Source of the DNA: Setoptus koraiensis | Lineage: Eukaryota; Animalia; Arthropoda | NCBI GenBank assembly: GCA_048013815.1 | Contig: CM106586.1 | Coordinates: forward strand, 17,608,001-17,672,000 | Reading direction: 5' to 3' | DNA length: 64,000 nt | Part shown: positions 1 through 11,513 of the stretch, one piece after another | Numbering within the stretch: the stretch's first letter is position 1 | Layout: every line of letters begins with the position of its first letter | Program-made: the position numbers and the translations under genes | The notes under the pieces: model-generated | What the model saw: only the letters and a program-made list of their open reading frames with translations | Databases searched by the model: none | What the model was told of the DNA's origin: nothing

Positions 1-646
1 AACATTTTATTATCGTCGCATTTGTTTGCTTTTGTGCGCTCTCCAATGGACACTCTCCGATAGATACTGTGTCCTCTATGTGAGCATCACAACTTACTAA
101 TGCAATTGTATCGCATTTATATGATATTACATCATATAATATTAGATTATGTAACACACATTAATTGCAAACATTGCAAACGCTGGTCAACTGCGATATT
201 TATATGCGATCGTTGTGTGTGCACGTTGGTATGGCACAACAAACACACAAATACAAATATCGTGTGGCCATAAACAACAAACTGCCCAATGCCCAGCGTG
301 ATGCAACCGCCATTTGACCATTTGAAATATATTTGACCAGTTGAAATGATTGTTTGCCAATTGACGCGCTTGCAAATTTGTTTGCGCCGTCCATTTGTCG
401 AGCATCATTTGTGTGTTACATCACACTCACACTTGTATCGCATATGTATCACTCGCACATAATAACTTGATAATAATAATAATAATAACTTGAACTCGAA
501 ACATGATCATGTCAGCGCTAATGATGCCCCCACAAACAATGACCCGCTGATTGAGTTGTTGCCCGCGCACCGCTGACCAGTCCGTTTCAGCTCGTTGTTG
601 TCGCTGGCCCAGCGCTGGCCGGCCCGAAGCAGCGCCGGCCGGCCCG

Positions 647-742
647 AAGATTGGCCGCAAGATGGAGACGAAACAAAGATTGGCCGCGAGACGGACACGA
701 AATGAAGATTGGCCGCGAGACGGACACGAAATGAAGATTGGT
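647..742. repeat. 29-bp tandem repeat (about 3.3 copies), each unit carrying GATTGG (reverse CCAAT box)
   Basis: AAGATTGG recurs at 647, 676, 705 and 734; consensus unit AAGATTGGCCGCGAGACGGACACGAAATG. Confidence 0.85.
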
Positions 743-1847
743 TGGCGAAGATGAAAAAACATGAATCGACGGTGCAGCCCGCCGGTCTGCGGGCCGGCAC
801 ACTATTCCGCCGGAGCGTCGGGCCGCAGTGACGGGCCGGAGTGGCGTCCGGAGCGACGTGCCGAGCTGGTCGCGCAAAACGGCCGCTCGGCGAGGGCAGA
901 CTCACTGGCACAAGTGAGCGAGATAAACGGGCGAGAGTCACTTTCGCCCGTCCCATTTATCCCGAAATTGGGGCCCTCGGCTGCGAATGGGCCGACGCAC
1001 AGGCCGGCCTAGTCCGCTGGCAGTGGCACTTTGGAGCGGCAGCAACGCCGGCAGCCAAGCCAATAGCCTACATCGGCGCACAGATATCATCGCTCATTGC
1101 GACGTAATTAATTAGCTCGCCACCTAAAAATAAGCGCTCATCACACACTGTTGCGTTTTCGATTTTCTCTTTTCACCTTTCTCTCGGCGTCGGCCGGCGT
1201 CGGCCGGCTTGTCCGGCCACCGGGCTTCTGCTGGCTTCGGTCGGCCGGCCGGGCCGCCGGCTGAGTGCAGTCGCGGCTCAATAAATTACGCAACGACGGC
1301 CGAGCCAGCGCGATAACGAGCGTCGCCATTACGACGACAAGCGGCCACTTGTTTGCCTCGGAGCGATCGCCGGCGCAACCGGCCGGCGCTGACCGGCCCA
1401 GTGAGCTAAATTTGGCGTAGAGCCAATTCACTTTCCATATTGTGGGCAATTGTTGCGCAACTTGCAACATGAACGGCGCACAAGCACGCCAACGGGTGCC
1501 CATTTCGCTCGTGAGCCCTCTATTTATAGGCGGTCGGTCTCGTGCCCGCGACAACGGGCCGGGCTCCGCTCGACACCCGAGCTCGCCCGTTTGCTCGTCG
1601 CTTTTGGCTGGCTCGTCACTTTTTAGTTTGTTTGTCGCCCGTTTGTTTGCAGTTTGCTTGCAGTTTGTTTGCACTTGGCTTGCAGTTTGCCTGCAGTTTG
1701 CTTGGTTGGCGCTGTCGAAAAACCCGCCAGACAGACGCGAGAAAAGTGGCCGGCGTGGCGCAATGATTACAGCTAATTAAAATAATCACGGCGCAGTGCC
1801 ATTAGTCACACAGTGGCCCATATTTACTCTATGGCGGCACAACAGCA

Positions 1848-2032
1848 CTTACCTGTTCACCGCTCACCTGTGCAATGCACAGCGTGTGTAACGGTCACCT
1901 GTGTCTTACAAAGTGTGTAACGGTCACCTGTGCACTGCAAAGTGCGCAACGGTCACCTGTGCCTTGCAAAGTGCGCAACGGTTACCTGTGCATTAAAAAG
2001 TGTTACCTGTGCATTAAAAAGTGTTACCTGTG
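1848..2032. repeat. Compound 29-bp/21-bp tandem repeat containing 8 YACCTGT motifs
   Basis: CACCTG/TACCTG at 1850, 1865, 1896, 1925, 1954, 1983, 2004 and 2025. Confidence 0.85.
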
Positions 2033-3357
2033 GCCGGTGGCCGGGCGTCACGAGAGTCGGCGAGCGTTGAGTTTGCTGGTCGCTTTATTATTTTCATTAG
2101 TTTACATTGGGTTCGCATTAAGTGGGCAGCGAGTGCAGCCATTAAAAGTGCCGTTATCTCTCTATTATGTCAACCTGTGTGTGTGTGTGTGTGTGTGTCG
2201 TAGCACAACGAAGCCAAACACACACACACACACACACAACTTGACAAGATGGTTTGAGCGCCGATCGGAGTGGCTCGACTCGACGCCGCACATACATTAT
2301 GTAATACAAATAGCTATTTGTATTACATAATGTATTTGATATTGTGCATCCCGCTTGATATTACGCAATAGCCGATGGTGCTCACACAAAACAAGCCAAG
2401 CGACCAGCTGACAACGCACAACAACAACATATAAATAACAACTGTGCAACTGGCTGATCACTCATTGCGAGACTCATTGTGCGCAATGACTGATGCAACG
2501 CTGCTGTCACTCACTACCTGTCCGCTGCTGGCGCTGCTGGCTGGTGCTGGCCAGGCCAGGCCAGGCCAAGCGCTACGACACAGGCCCTGCGAGAGTGGCA
2601 AGCGAGCGAATAACGGTGAGCAATGACGCACAGTGAGAGTTGCGATGCTCAACAGCAAACTCACGCGGCTACTTAAATACGGAATGTTGCGCAACCAAGC
2701 AACGCATAAAGTACATTAAACCCATTAAACTAACTGGCCGAAATGTCCTAACTTGGGCCGGTGCAACGCCGTTTACTTTCGCCGTCCACTCACTGGCCGT
2801 CCACTCACTGGCCGTGCACTCACTGGCCGAGCCTCACGTCTGACGTTTGACGTTTGCCTGACGCTTCCAGCGGCGCCACTCAATATTCAGCCCTGCCGAT
2901 GGCCAGCGCACACACACACGCACACGCACACACACACACACACGCACGCATCAGCTGGCCGCTCAACAGGCGGTTGGCTCACGATTGTCGAGCCATTTAT
3001 TAGCTAATATTATTACTATTATTACTATTGGTATTATAACTATTATTACTATTAGTATTATTATTACTATCGTTATTATTATTGGTCTCATGTCATTAGC
3101 GCGCGCCTTGAATTGCAGGACCGCTCACCTGTCCGCCGGGCGGCGACCAGTGGCACGCCCATGACGGTGCGGCCGCAGCCGCACCGTTGGAGCAGCGTGC
3201 GAGTACCCTAGGGTACTCGCACCGCGCCACTCGTCCGCGCCACTCGTCCGGGCGACAATTGCGCAAATTAGCTATTATGCAACATTATTATTACTATGCC
3301 AAATTGTGCATTGGCTATGTGGCTGCGCAGCCAACGAAACTGTGCCGAATTGAAACT

Positions 3358-3470
3358 GGCACCAACGGCACCAACGGCACCAACGGCAACAACGGCAACA
3401 ACGGCAACGACAGCAGCGACAACAGCGACAGCAACAGCAGCAACGACAGCAACGACAGCAACAGCGGCAT
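3358..3470. repeat. Degenerate 9-mer/trinucleotide microsatellite (GGCACCAAC to GGCAACAAC to CAGCAAC/GAC)
   Basis: Read directly from the sequence; stepwise change of the repeat unit along the tract. Confidence 0.85.
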
Positions 3471-3962
3471 TAGCAATAATAAGCGCTAATAATAATAACA
3501 AGATTCAACAGGTAGTTGCGTCATTCCGCTTGTCAGTTGGTCGCTTGGCCGGCCTGTGGATCATGTGGCTACCATGTCATACTGTATCATCATGGTATCC
3601 AAGTTGCATCACGACAAAAATACCCGGCGCCGCTCATTAGCTGCTGCTGTTTGTTGCGATTAATAATGCAAATAGTGCCGATGAGTTTGTAATGCCGCTA
3701 TACCGCTATATGATAAAGCTTGTGATACCGTTACACTCATGATGCAACTTGTATTGCTGTTGTTACGTAAGCAGCATTACGTAAGTATCAGCAGCCTTAG
3801 CGATGTATGATGGCGACGCTCGACTCAAGCGGCAATCGAGCAAGATGATGAAACGGCGCCAGTCGGACCTGTCGGCCCGATGGGCAAGCGGCGTCCGGCA
3901 GCGGCCGTTTTGAGCGAGCGCACTATTCATTTACTATATTTATATTGGCGCCAGTGGTGGCT

Positions 3963-4042
3963 TGCTATACTCACCTGTCCAGCTACCTGGCTCGAACAGG
4001 TAGCCGGACAGGTGAGTATAGGCTGGACAGGTGAGTATAGCA
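3963..4042. repeat. Inverted repeat/hairpin: 25-bp arms with one mismatch, 7-nt loop, plus a duplicated right arm
   Basis: 3965-3989 CTATACTCACCTGTCCAGCTACCTG vs 3997-4021 CAGGTAGCCGGACAGGTGAGTATAG; 4022-4042 is the perfect reverse complement of 3963-3983. Confidence 0.9.
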
Positions 4043-4626
4043 TGCAGAGGGACGGACGCGAATGCAAATGAGCCCAAAAAAAAAAAAAAAAGTTGAGCCG
4101 GTGTGTCGAGCAGCCAACCTGTTTGCTGCTGGACAAACCGGACAAACAGTCGGTCGGAACTGTGCTCGCTTCTCAATTCGTTTTGGCTCGAGCGATGCGA
4201 CATGTCTCTGTGCGCACTTTTGTCCGCCACAAAACGACTAGTGTCGCCAAAGTGCCATGTCCGGTTATATTATTTATTTGCAGCTCGGCCGTGCGATTTG
4301 TTTATCTGTTTGTGTCAGACATTGCCGGCCGCTGATATGCGGCCACTGGCATCCCACGCCGATAACCGCAAGTTGCTCGCCAGAGCAACTTGCGCCAAGA
4401 CAGTGGACGCAACAGCAAACGGCAGCAAACGGCCGGCAACGGCGGCCAACTTTCGCTGGCGAGAAAGCAAAAGGTAAATTTCTCTCGTCCGCACACAACA
4501 AGCGCCGCTTGTGTCCCGATGATCGGCTGATTAATCGATTTGTCCGGCTCACCGTTGGCGCCTTCATGGCGTCCGAAGCCGCGCACCCGATTCAGGGGGA
4601 GCCAACTAGCGGCCCGTCCGGGCTGC

Positions 4627-4712
4627 GGCTGACCGGCGCTGACCGGCGGCTGACCGGCGGCTGACCGGCGCTGACCGGCGGCTGACCGGCGGCTGACCGG
4701 CGGCCGACCGGC
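4627..4712. repeat. 10/11-bp tandem repeat GCTGACCGGC(G), about 8 copies
   Basis: CTGACC at 4629, 4639, 4650, 4661, 4671, 4682 and 4693. Confidence 0.9.
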
Positions 4713-5039
4713 GACCGCTCGACCTGGCGCATTCGTCTTGCGGCACACAAAGTTCGCATCATGCGTCGGTGGTCGCCAAGACCGATACATGGATGCGATG
4801 ATCAGATGAACGGCTCAAACGAGTGGCGTGCGAGCAGCCAGTGTCAAAAGTTTGCATCACAAGTTTGCATCGCAAGTTTGCTCAGGCCGCCAGCAAACGG
4901 ATATTGCAGCGCATGACCTGCGTTTGTGTGCCAATCACGCCGTTCAGCGCTAGTTGACGGAGTCGCTCGAACGGGGGCGCCCGGCGTCGCTGCTCACTGT
5001 TGGCGTGATCGCCGTGCCAACGGCCTCTCGGCGTCCGGC

Positions 5040-5114
5040 GCAACCGGCCCGACACTCGCAGCGAAGCAACCGGCCCGACGCTCGCAGCGAAGCAACCGGC
5101 CCGACGCTCGCAGC
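5040..5114. repeat. 26-bp tandem repeat, about 3 copies
   Basis: GCAACCGGCCCGACRCTCGCAGCGAA starts at 5040, 5066 and 5092. Confidence 0.9.
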
Positions 5115-5550
5115 CGCCGACGCCACTGATGCAAACGAGAAAAAGTGTGCGTGCCTATCATTATGTAATGACGCTGATTAATAGGTCATTGACTGAGCGC
5201 AAACATTTCATCGTCGTCGTCGGCGTCATCATCGTGCTCGTCATGGTCGTCGGCGTCATGAGCGGCCGCTGCCGCTACAAAAGTTGCTTCGCGCCGTTCA
5301 TTTATCTGTCCATTTATCTGTCAGTCGGTCAGTCAGTCAACAAGTCAGCTGCGAGCATTGGTCAGTCAGTTTCATTGGCGAGCGCCATTCATTCGGCATC
5401 ATCACGATAAAAAGTCATCACCGTCGCTCAGCTCATAGCATCACCTGAGCCCGAGGGATCAGCTGATGGATGCTTTTGGCGGCGAGCGTCACTTTTGGCC
5501 GGGCCGAGCCACGCGAAGCCGAGCCGAGCAACGATCGCTGACAGTTGCTG

Positions 5551-5659
5551 CCGGTCAGCTGACGGCGCTGATGCTGGTCAGCTGACGGCGGTGTTGCCGG
5601 TCAGCTGACGGCGGTGTTGCCGGTCAGCTGACGGCGGTGTTGCCGGTCAGCTGACGGCG
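5551..5659. repeat. 23-bp tandem repeat x5 with the palindromic core GTCAGCTGAC
   Basis: GTCAGCTGAC at 5554, 5577, 5600, 5623 and 5646. Confidence 0.9.
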
Positions 5660-7457
5660 TGAAAGCCGGACGACGCAATCAGAGCGCGTGCGCCCCCTCT
5701 CGGCTCGCCTGGGCAAGCCGGGCCTGGGCAACGGTGTGACGCAAATTTGACAATTGAATTATGGCAACAGGTGCCAGAATAAGAATGGACTAAGAATAGA
5801 CTGGCCAGAGAAGGCGCCCAGCGTCGAGCGAAAGCTGAGCGCTGAATGCACCGGCACCAAACAGTGGATAATTTGCATTGTTTGTATGCAAAATATTTGT
5901 ATACAACGCTCACACAAGCGGCGCAACAACCCCGAACAATCCCAAACAATGTTTTGAGTGGCCCATTGAGCGGTTGCCAGCGCAAAAGTAGGTTGAGCAT
6001 GATGATGATTTGATTTCTAATTTCGAGCCTCACTCTCAGTGAGCCTCTCTGAGTCAGTCACTCAGGCCGCTGATTAGCTTGGTGCCGGATGTCGCTGGCG
6101 GATCAACGAGTGGCTGGCAAATGTGGCCAGAGAGAGAGAGAGCTTGTCAGAGAGAATTGATCTATCGCTTCCTAGTTGCTCATTACATAATAACGCAGCG
6201 CAACACAAAGCCACTTGCCGGGTGATTTATATAGGGCGCTCTCTCTCGCTCTTCTATTTCGGTTGTCGGTTGTCGGTATTAGTGGCGCAACGGCACATCT
6301 TTCATCGGCGCTGCGTGCCTGGGCGAGCCGCCGGAGCCCATCGACGGGAACGGCAACTCAATGGAGTCGAGCGCCATTGAGCTGGCCAGTTTTAGCCTAA
6401 AACTTTCAGGGAATTGCAGCGAGCGGTGAGTGATAGGTGAGCGCAATTAGAATTACAATGCATCATTTGGGCCGGCGTTGCCATGATCGATTTGCTCAAT
6501 CAACAACAACAGCAATTCACCCCATTTCGGCGCCCATTCGCACAGGTGACTCGCCCGAGCCAGCGAGCAGTAAAAGTGTATGCACAACAACAACAGCAAC
6601 AACGACAGCAACGACAGCAGCAACAACAGTGTGATTCGCGCCAGTCACTGGTGAGCAGCGGACACGGCATTGGCTAATGCACTGACGGCATTAATGCGCC
6701 GGGTGCCCGAACAAGCCGAGCGACGCAAGCGATTGAGAGATGAATCTTTAATTTATCGCCAGCATGCGTATTATGTAATGTATGTTGTGCAATGCGTAAT
6801 CTATTCACCTGAGCAATAATAAACATGCTGCAACCTTGCCAATGTGTGTGGGTACACACAATTGTACACAATTGTGTTGCGCAATGATGCCTCATTAATA
6901 ATGAGTCATTATGCCGGAGAAAGGCAGACTGTGAGCTGGACACAAGCATTCCAATCGGCCCGACAGTTCAGTGGCCCGTCATCGCAGACTGACTGCCGCT
7001 CGGTGCGGTGCGGTGCGATGCCGAGCGACGCGATGCGGTTCGGGTGAAGGGTGCACTTGTCGTGTCGCTGTTGCCAACAATGCGCAACATCAACTCTCGC
7101 TGTCGCTGTTAATATTCACGGCATGCTCGTTGCGTCATCGACGCCAAATCACCCGCACCCGTCCGGACTCACCCGCAATCGCCCGCAATCGGCTCGAGCG
7201 GCTCCCGGCGCGAGATGTCGCTCTGTCTAGACAACATCTAGCAGATATGGCTCGCGCTTTGTTTGAGACTGGACGCCCACAGCGGCGCCAATTTGCTCAT
7301 AATCTGCTCTCTATTTCGCCTATTTATTAATATTACTATTTATTTATTGTCCGTGCAATCAGCAGGGCCGATTTGCGATCACGGCCAGCGTCTGTTGTGG
7401 CCAATGATAGGGCGACAACGAACGCAAACCGAGTTACCGAGTCAGCTGGTCGCTCGC

Positions 7458-7528
7458 TGACAGTTGCCCCTGTGACAGTTGCCCCTGTGACAGTTGGCTC
7501 GCTGTGACAGTTGGCCGGCTGACAGTTG
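7458..7528. repeat. About 15-17-bp tandem repeat x5 with TGACAGTTG core
   Basis: TGACAGTTG at 7458, 7473, 7488, 7505 and 7520. Confidence 0.85.
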
Positions 7529-7748
7529 GCCCGCAAAGATGGCGAGATTGCGCGATGGCCAGTGACTCCAATACCGTATTAGTGATACCGTATTAGCGAT
7601 ACAAAGTGAATCAACTATGCAATTGCAATTGATCCGATCGCAAACTGCACACTGCACACTGCGAGCAAACTGTATCAAACAGCCGATAACGTGAGCCCGT
7701 TACTCGTGACACTGTCACGGTGACAGTGAGCACACAGCTGACTGCTCA

Positions 7749-7828
7749 CTGACAGTCAGCTGTTGGTCTGTTGACAGTCAGCTGTTGGTCTGTCGACAGT
7801 CAGCTGTTGGTCTGCTGACAGTCGGCTG
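7749..7828. repeat. 22-bp tandem repeat x3.5 (GACAGTCAGCTGTTGGTCTG core)
   Basis: Core at 7751, 7773, 7795, partial at 7817. Confidence 0.9.
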
Positions 7829-7957
7829 ATCGGGTGATGAGTGCAACAAGTTCGCTCTGTGTGATCACAATGTGTGATGATGACGTAACTGCAGTGGGAG
7901 TTACACTAACGGCGGGCCATTATTGGGCCGCCGTTAGCCGCCGTTGGCCCGTGCCGT

Positions 7958-7969
7958 TGACACCTGTCA
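7958..7969. promoter_or_regulatory. Candidate TALE-homeodomain (Meis/Pknox/TGIF-type) dimer site TGACACCTGTCA
   Basis: The reverse complement TGACAGGTGTCA matches the known TALE dimer motif TGACAGSTGTCA; sequence match only. Confidence 0.4.
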
Positions 7970-8990
7970 AAGTGGCACTCATTGTCATGAGACTGACAAT
8001 GGCGACTAACAATGCTCGCCAGCTATAAATGGTTGTTTGTTTGCTGTCGACTGTGTTGGGGCTTATCATTAGTGCTGTGAATGTCATGACTAACAATGTT
8101 TGTCTTTGTCTCAATGGTTGTGTCATGTGAAAGTGATACAATGAGCGCGACGAGCACACACCGACCAAAATGGCAACCAAACTGGAATTTGCATTTGGAA
8201 TTTAGCGAGACCATTTGCAATCATTTGGCAGCGTGTGCCATTGCGTAAGTTTAGTCTAATTAAACCGGCCGAGCATGAAGGTGATGATGTCGGCTGGCGG
8301 TTGCACTTTGACACATACGGCTCACTAACTGGCTCTGTTGCTGTTGTTGCTGTTGCTGTCAGTCGGCCGAGATTGTATCACATCTCTAGACTGTGTCGGC
8401 CGTTTAGGCTGCACCAGATCTCTGGACGGCCTATCAGCTGTGTCAGACAGACGGCTCTGAATCGGGCATTAAGCTCGCTCAAATTCAAATGGCGGGCCAG
8501 ATAAGTTGTTTGGGTTAGTGTGGCGAGCAACAGGCGATGACATTCATCACGGCTCGGCTCAGGTGGGCGCGGGGTGAATGAACGCCGGACAGCAGCCGCA
8601 ACAGCGACACCAGCGACAACAGCGACAACAGCGACAGCGACAACGACAACAGCGACTGGCGGAGCCGTAAATGAGCAACAATGATTGCAGCCAGCCAGCC
8701 AGCCAGTGAGAGTGGCAATTATTTGAATGGACACACTCGCTTGCGCAACTGTCCATGCGGCCGCCGCCGGTCAGCGGGCCGGCAACGGGCAAGCGAGCAC
8801 TGTCCGTTGCGCAACGACTGTCCACTCGCGACTGTGCACTGGCGAGTGGCGACCGTCCACTGGCGAGTCGCAACCGTCCGCCGTTGCGCAACAACTGGCC
8901 GGCGCCAACAGTGTCGCCTCCGTGCGACACTATGCTATTATCGCTTGGCGACGCAGCGCAGGCGCGACAGGTGAGATACGGGCACAGGTG

Positions 8991-9114
8991 CGCGGGCGAG
9001 ATGCAGCGGCGGGCACGCGGGCGAGATGCAGCGGCGGGCACGCGGGCGAGATGCAGCGGCGGGCACGCGGGCGAGATGCAGCGGCGGGCACGCGGGCGAG
9101 ATGCAGCGGCGGGC
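8991..9114. repeat. 25-bp GC-rich minisatellite x5
   Basis: CGCGGGCGAGATGCAGCGGCGGGCA at 8991, 9016, 9041, 9066 and 9091. Confidence 0.95.
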
Positions 9115-11423
9115 GTGCCTTCCCGGCGCCGCTCTCTTGTGGGCTGACGATCGGCCGGCCGGGCGACATTTTCGGCGCGCAGCAGCTCGGGCCGCATCAC
9201 TGTAACATCGCTCATTGGAACATCATTCATTCATATCTCCCATTGTGATATCATTACATTTGGCCACCGCATTATGCTCTGACAGCGAGCGGCTGTGCGC
9301 ATGGGGCGCTGCAGCGCGCTTGATGGATGATAATTTGCGAGATCGATAGATAAACGGCGGCCAGTGGCTGACGAATTTGCACTTGGCTGTTGTGGCGCAA
9401 CAGGCAAGCGCAAATTTATCTCTGGCAAGTTTATCCGTTCGCATGGCGGCCGGTCAGTCATGCTAACTTGGTGTCGGCGGCAGCGACACTGGACGGCCCA
9501 CTCGGCCGGGCCGGATCGCGATGCGGGCGCTCGCCGTCCGAGATTCGCCGTTGGAAATTGGCGACTCGCGGCTCGCCGTTGACGGCTCGCCAGTGGCAGC
9601 TCGCCATTGGAGGTTCGCGGGACGACGAGATAATAATAGCCGTTGGCCGGCAGTGATAGCGGCGGCGCCAATTTATATTCGTCATGTCGAGCGGCGTTGG
9701 AATTGCGAGTGGCGTTCGCCGGCGCCGCCAAACTGTGGCCAATTTCGAAAATCAAAAGTGACCGGCGCTTCCTGTTGCGGCCGGCAAGCGGCCGCACGCT
9801 CATGATTAATAATACCTGATGACGTAACGTTATCAGTGTATATTTATACACACACGGTTTATATACACACGGCTAATCGAGCGGCCAGCGGTGGCCGGCC
9901 ATTTATCTCTCTCTCTCTCTTGTCAGTTTGTTTAGCTGGTCGGTTTGTCAGATTGGCGGCGAGATTGTGTGTGTCGGTTAGTTGGTCGGCGCCAGTTAGC
10001 TGCGAGGCGACCTGTCATCGGCGCGCTGCACACGCCGGCCAACGGGCTTGTGACGCAACGTTGTGACTCCAGGTAACGGTGGCGCCAGGTAACGGTGGCG
10101 CCAACAGCGGCCGCGGCGCCAACAGGTAGCGCGAACGGGCACCAATAGGCGCGATAACTCGAAATAACTGACCGGCTGACCGATGCTGGCACCGGCGCCG
10201 CTCAGCCGGCCGGCGCGCCCATTACAATCACAATCACAGTGCTAATAATAATAATAACAGTAATAATAATAGCGATAATAGCAATAATGATAATAATAAC
10301 GGCAATGATGATCGCAACGGCCGACGCTGGCCGCCTAGCGGACGCAGCGGCAACCCATCGCGGGCGACTTATTGCGGGCGACCCATCGCGGGCGACTCAT
10401 CGCTGGCCAGTGGCCACTAGCGGCCCATGTTGTATATGACAGTCGTGTGTCTAGTCGCATTATGACCGGACATACGCGATTGGGCACAACGACGTCGCGC
10501 AACTAGTTCACCTGTTGCGCCGACCGGCCACCGGACAGACAACAGCGTCGGCAGTTGGCGCCATCGGGCCCATCATTGCACATGACGGACAGTGTGCGAT
10601 TGCGCTGGCGTTGGCCGGTCGCCGTTGGGTGGGTTCGCCCAGTCGAAGGTCGCCCACTCCAAATGCGAATCGGAGCGGCATTACGTAAGCGCAATGTTGC
10701 ATGCAATTTGTCTGCAGCAAGTGCCGCTCCCGTCGGAACGGCAATTGCAAATTAGGGCCCGTTCGCCGCCGACACATGCTGCGGATCTTTGTCGGGATGC
10801 CCTGGGTGCACCCAAACGCTCGCCGGCTTCACGCGGCCCGAGCTCGCATCAGCGTTCGTTCATGTCGGCCCGTTTCGGCTCGTTTCCGTTCATTTTAGTG
10901 CCGGGGCGACCTCAGTGGCGACCGTGCATGCGGCGGATATCGATGGACAGTGCCGATGCTTGCCCGCGGAGCTACCGCCGATGCGGCCCATGCAAACGCA
11001 TCATGCAAACGCATTTTGCAATACATTACGCAACGATGCACGACGTGAGCGCCGTTAAGTCGGACGTATGTGGGCAACACTCACTTGTCTTGTATAAGTT
11101 ATATATTATGTAATTATATATGTTTATGTGCTTACATGCCGCATGCATACAAATATAAATATAATAGTAATAGTAATAAATACCGGCCAATAACACAGGC
11201 GACGCGGTGGGCGTCGGTAAATGTCGGTCAATCATTGCGCGACAGGCCGGCCGGTCGGCCAGCCTGATCAGCCGAAGCAACAGGTGAATGGCGAGCTGGC
11301 CAGTAGCTCGGCTAGTTGGCGTTGTTGCGCCAGCAAATGCTGCCAACAATTGCCATTGCCCAAACACTATCTGCCTGTCCGGTTAGTTGCGACAAGCGCT
11401 CAATGGAAAGTGCCCATGGGCTC

Positions 11424-11513
11424 CTCACCTGTATATAGCTCACCTGCACAGCTCACCTGTACAGCTCACCTGTATAGCTCACCTGTACAGCTCACCTGTA
11501 TAGCGATACCTGT
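11424..11513. repeat. 13-bp tandem repeat AGCTCACCTGTAY, about 7 copies
   Basis: CACCTG at 11426, 11441, 11454, 11467, 11480 and 11493; TACCTG at 11507. Confidence 0.9.

Noticed and set aside
4319-4473. Exon-like segment with acceptor TGTCAG and donor AAG|GTAAAT
   Set aside because: The peptide is unrecognisable and no partner exons could be linked; such signals occur by chance in 24 kb.
5551-9114. Regularly spaced repeats as a CRISPR array
   Set aside because: The units are contiguous with no unique spacers, there are no cas genes, and the context is eukaryotic.
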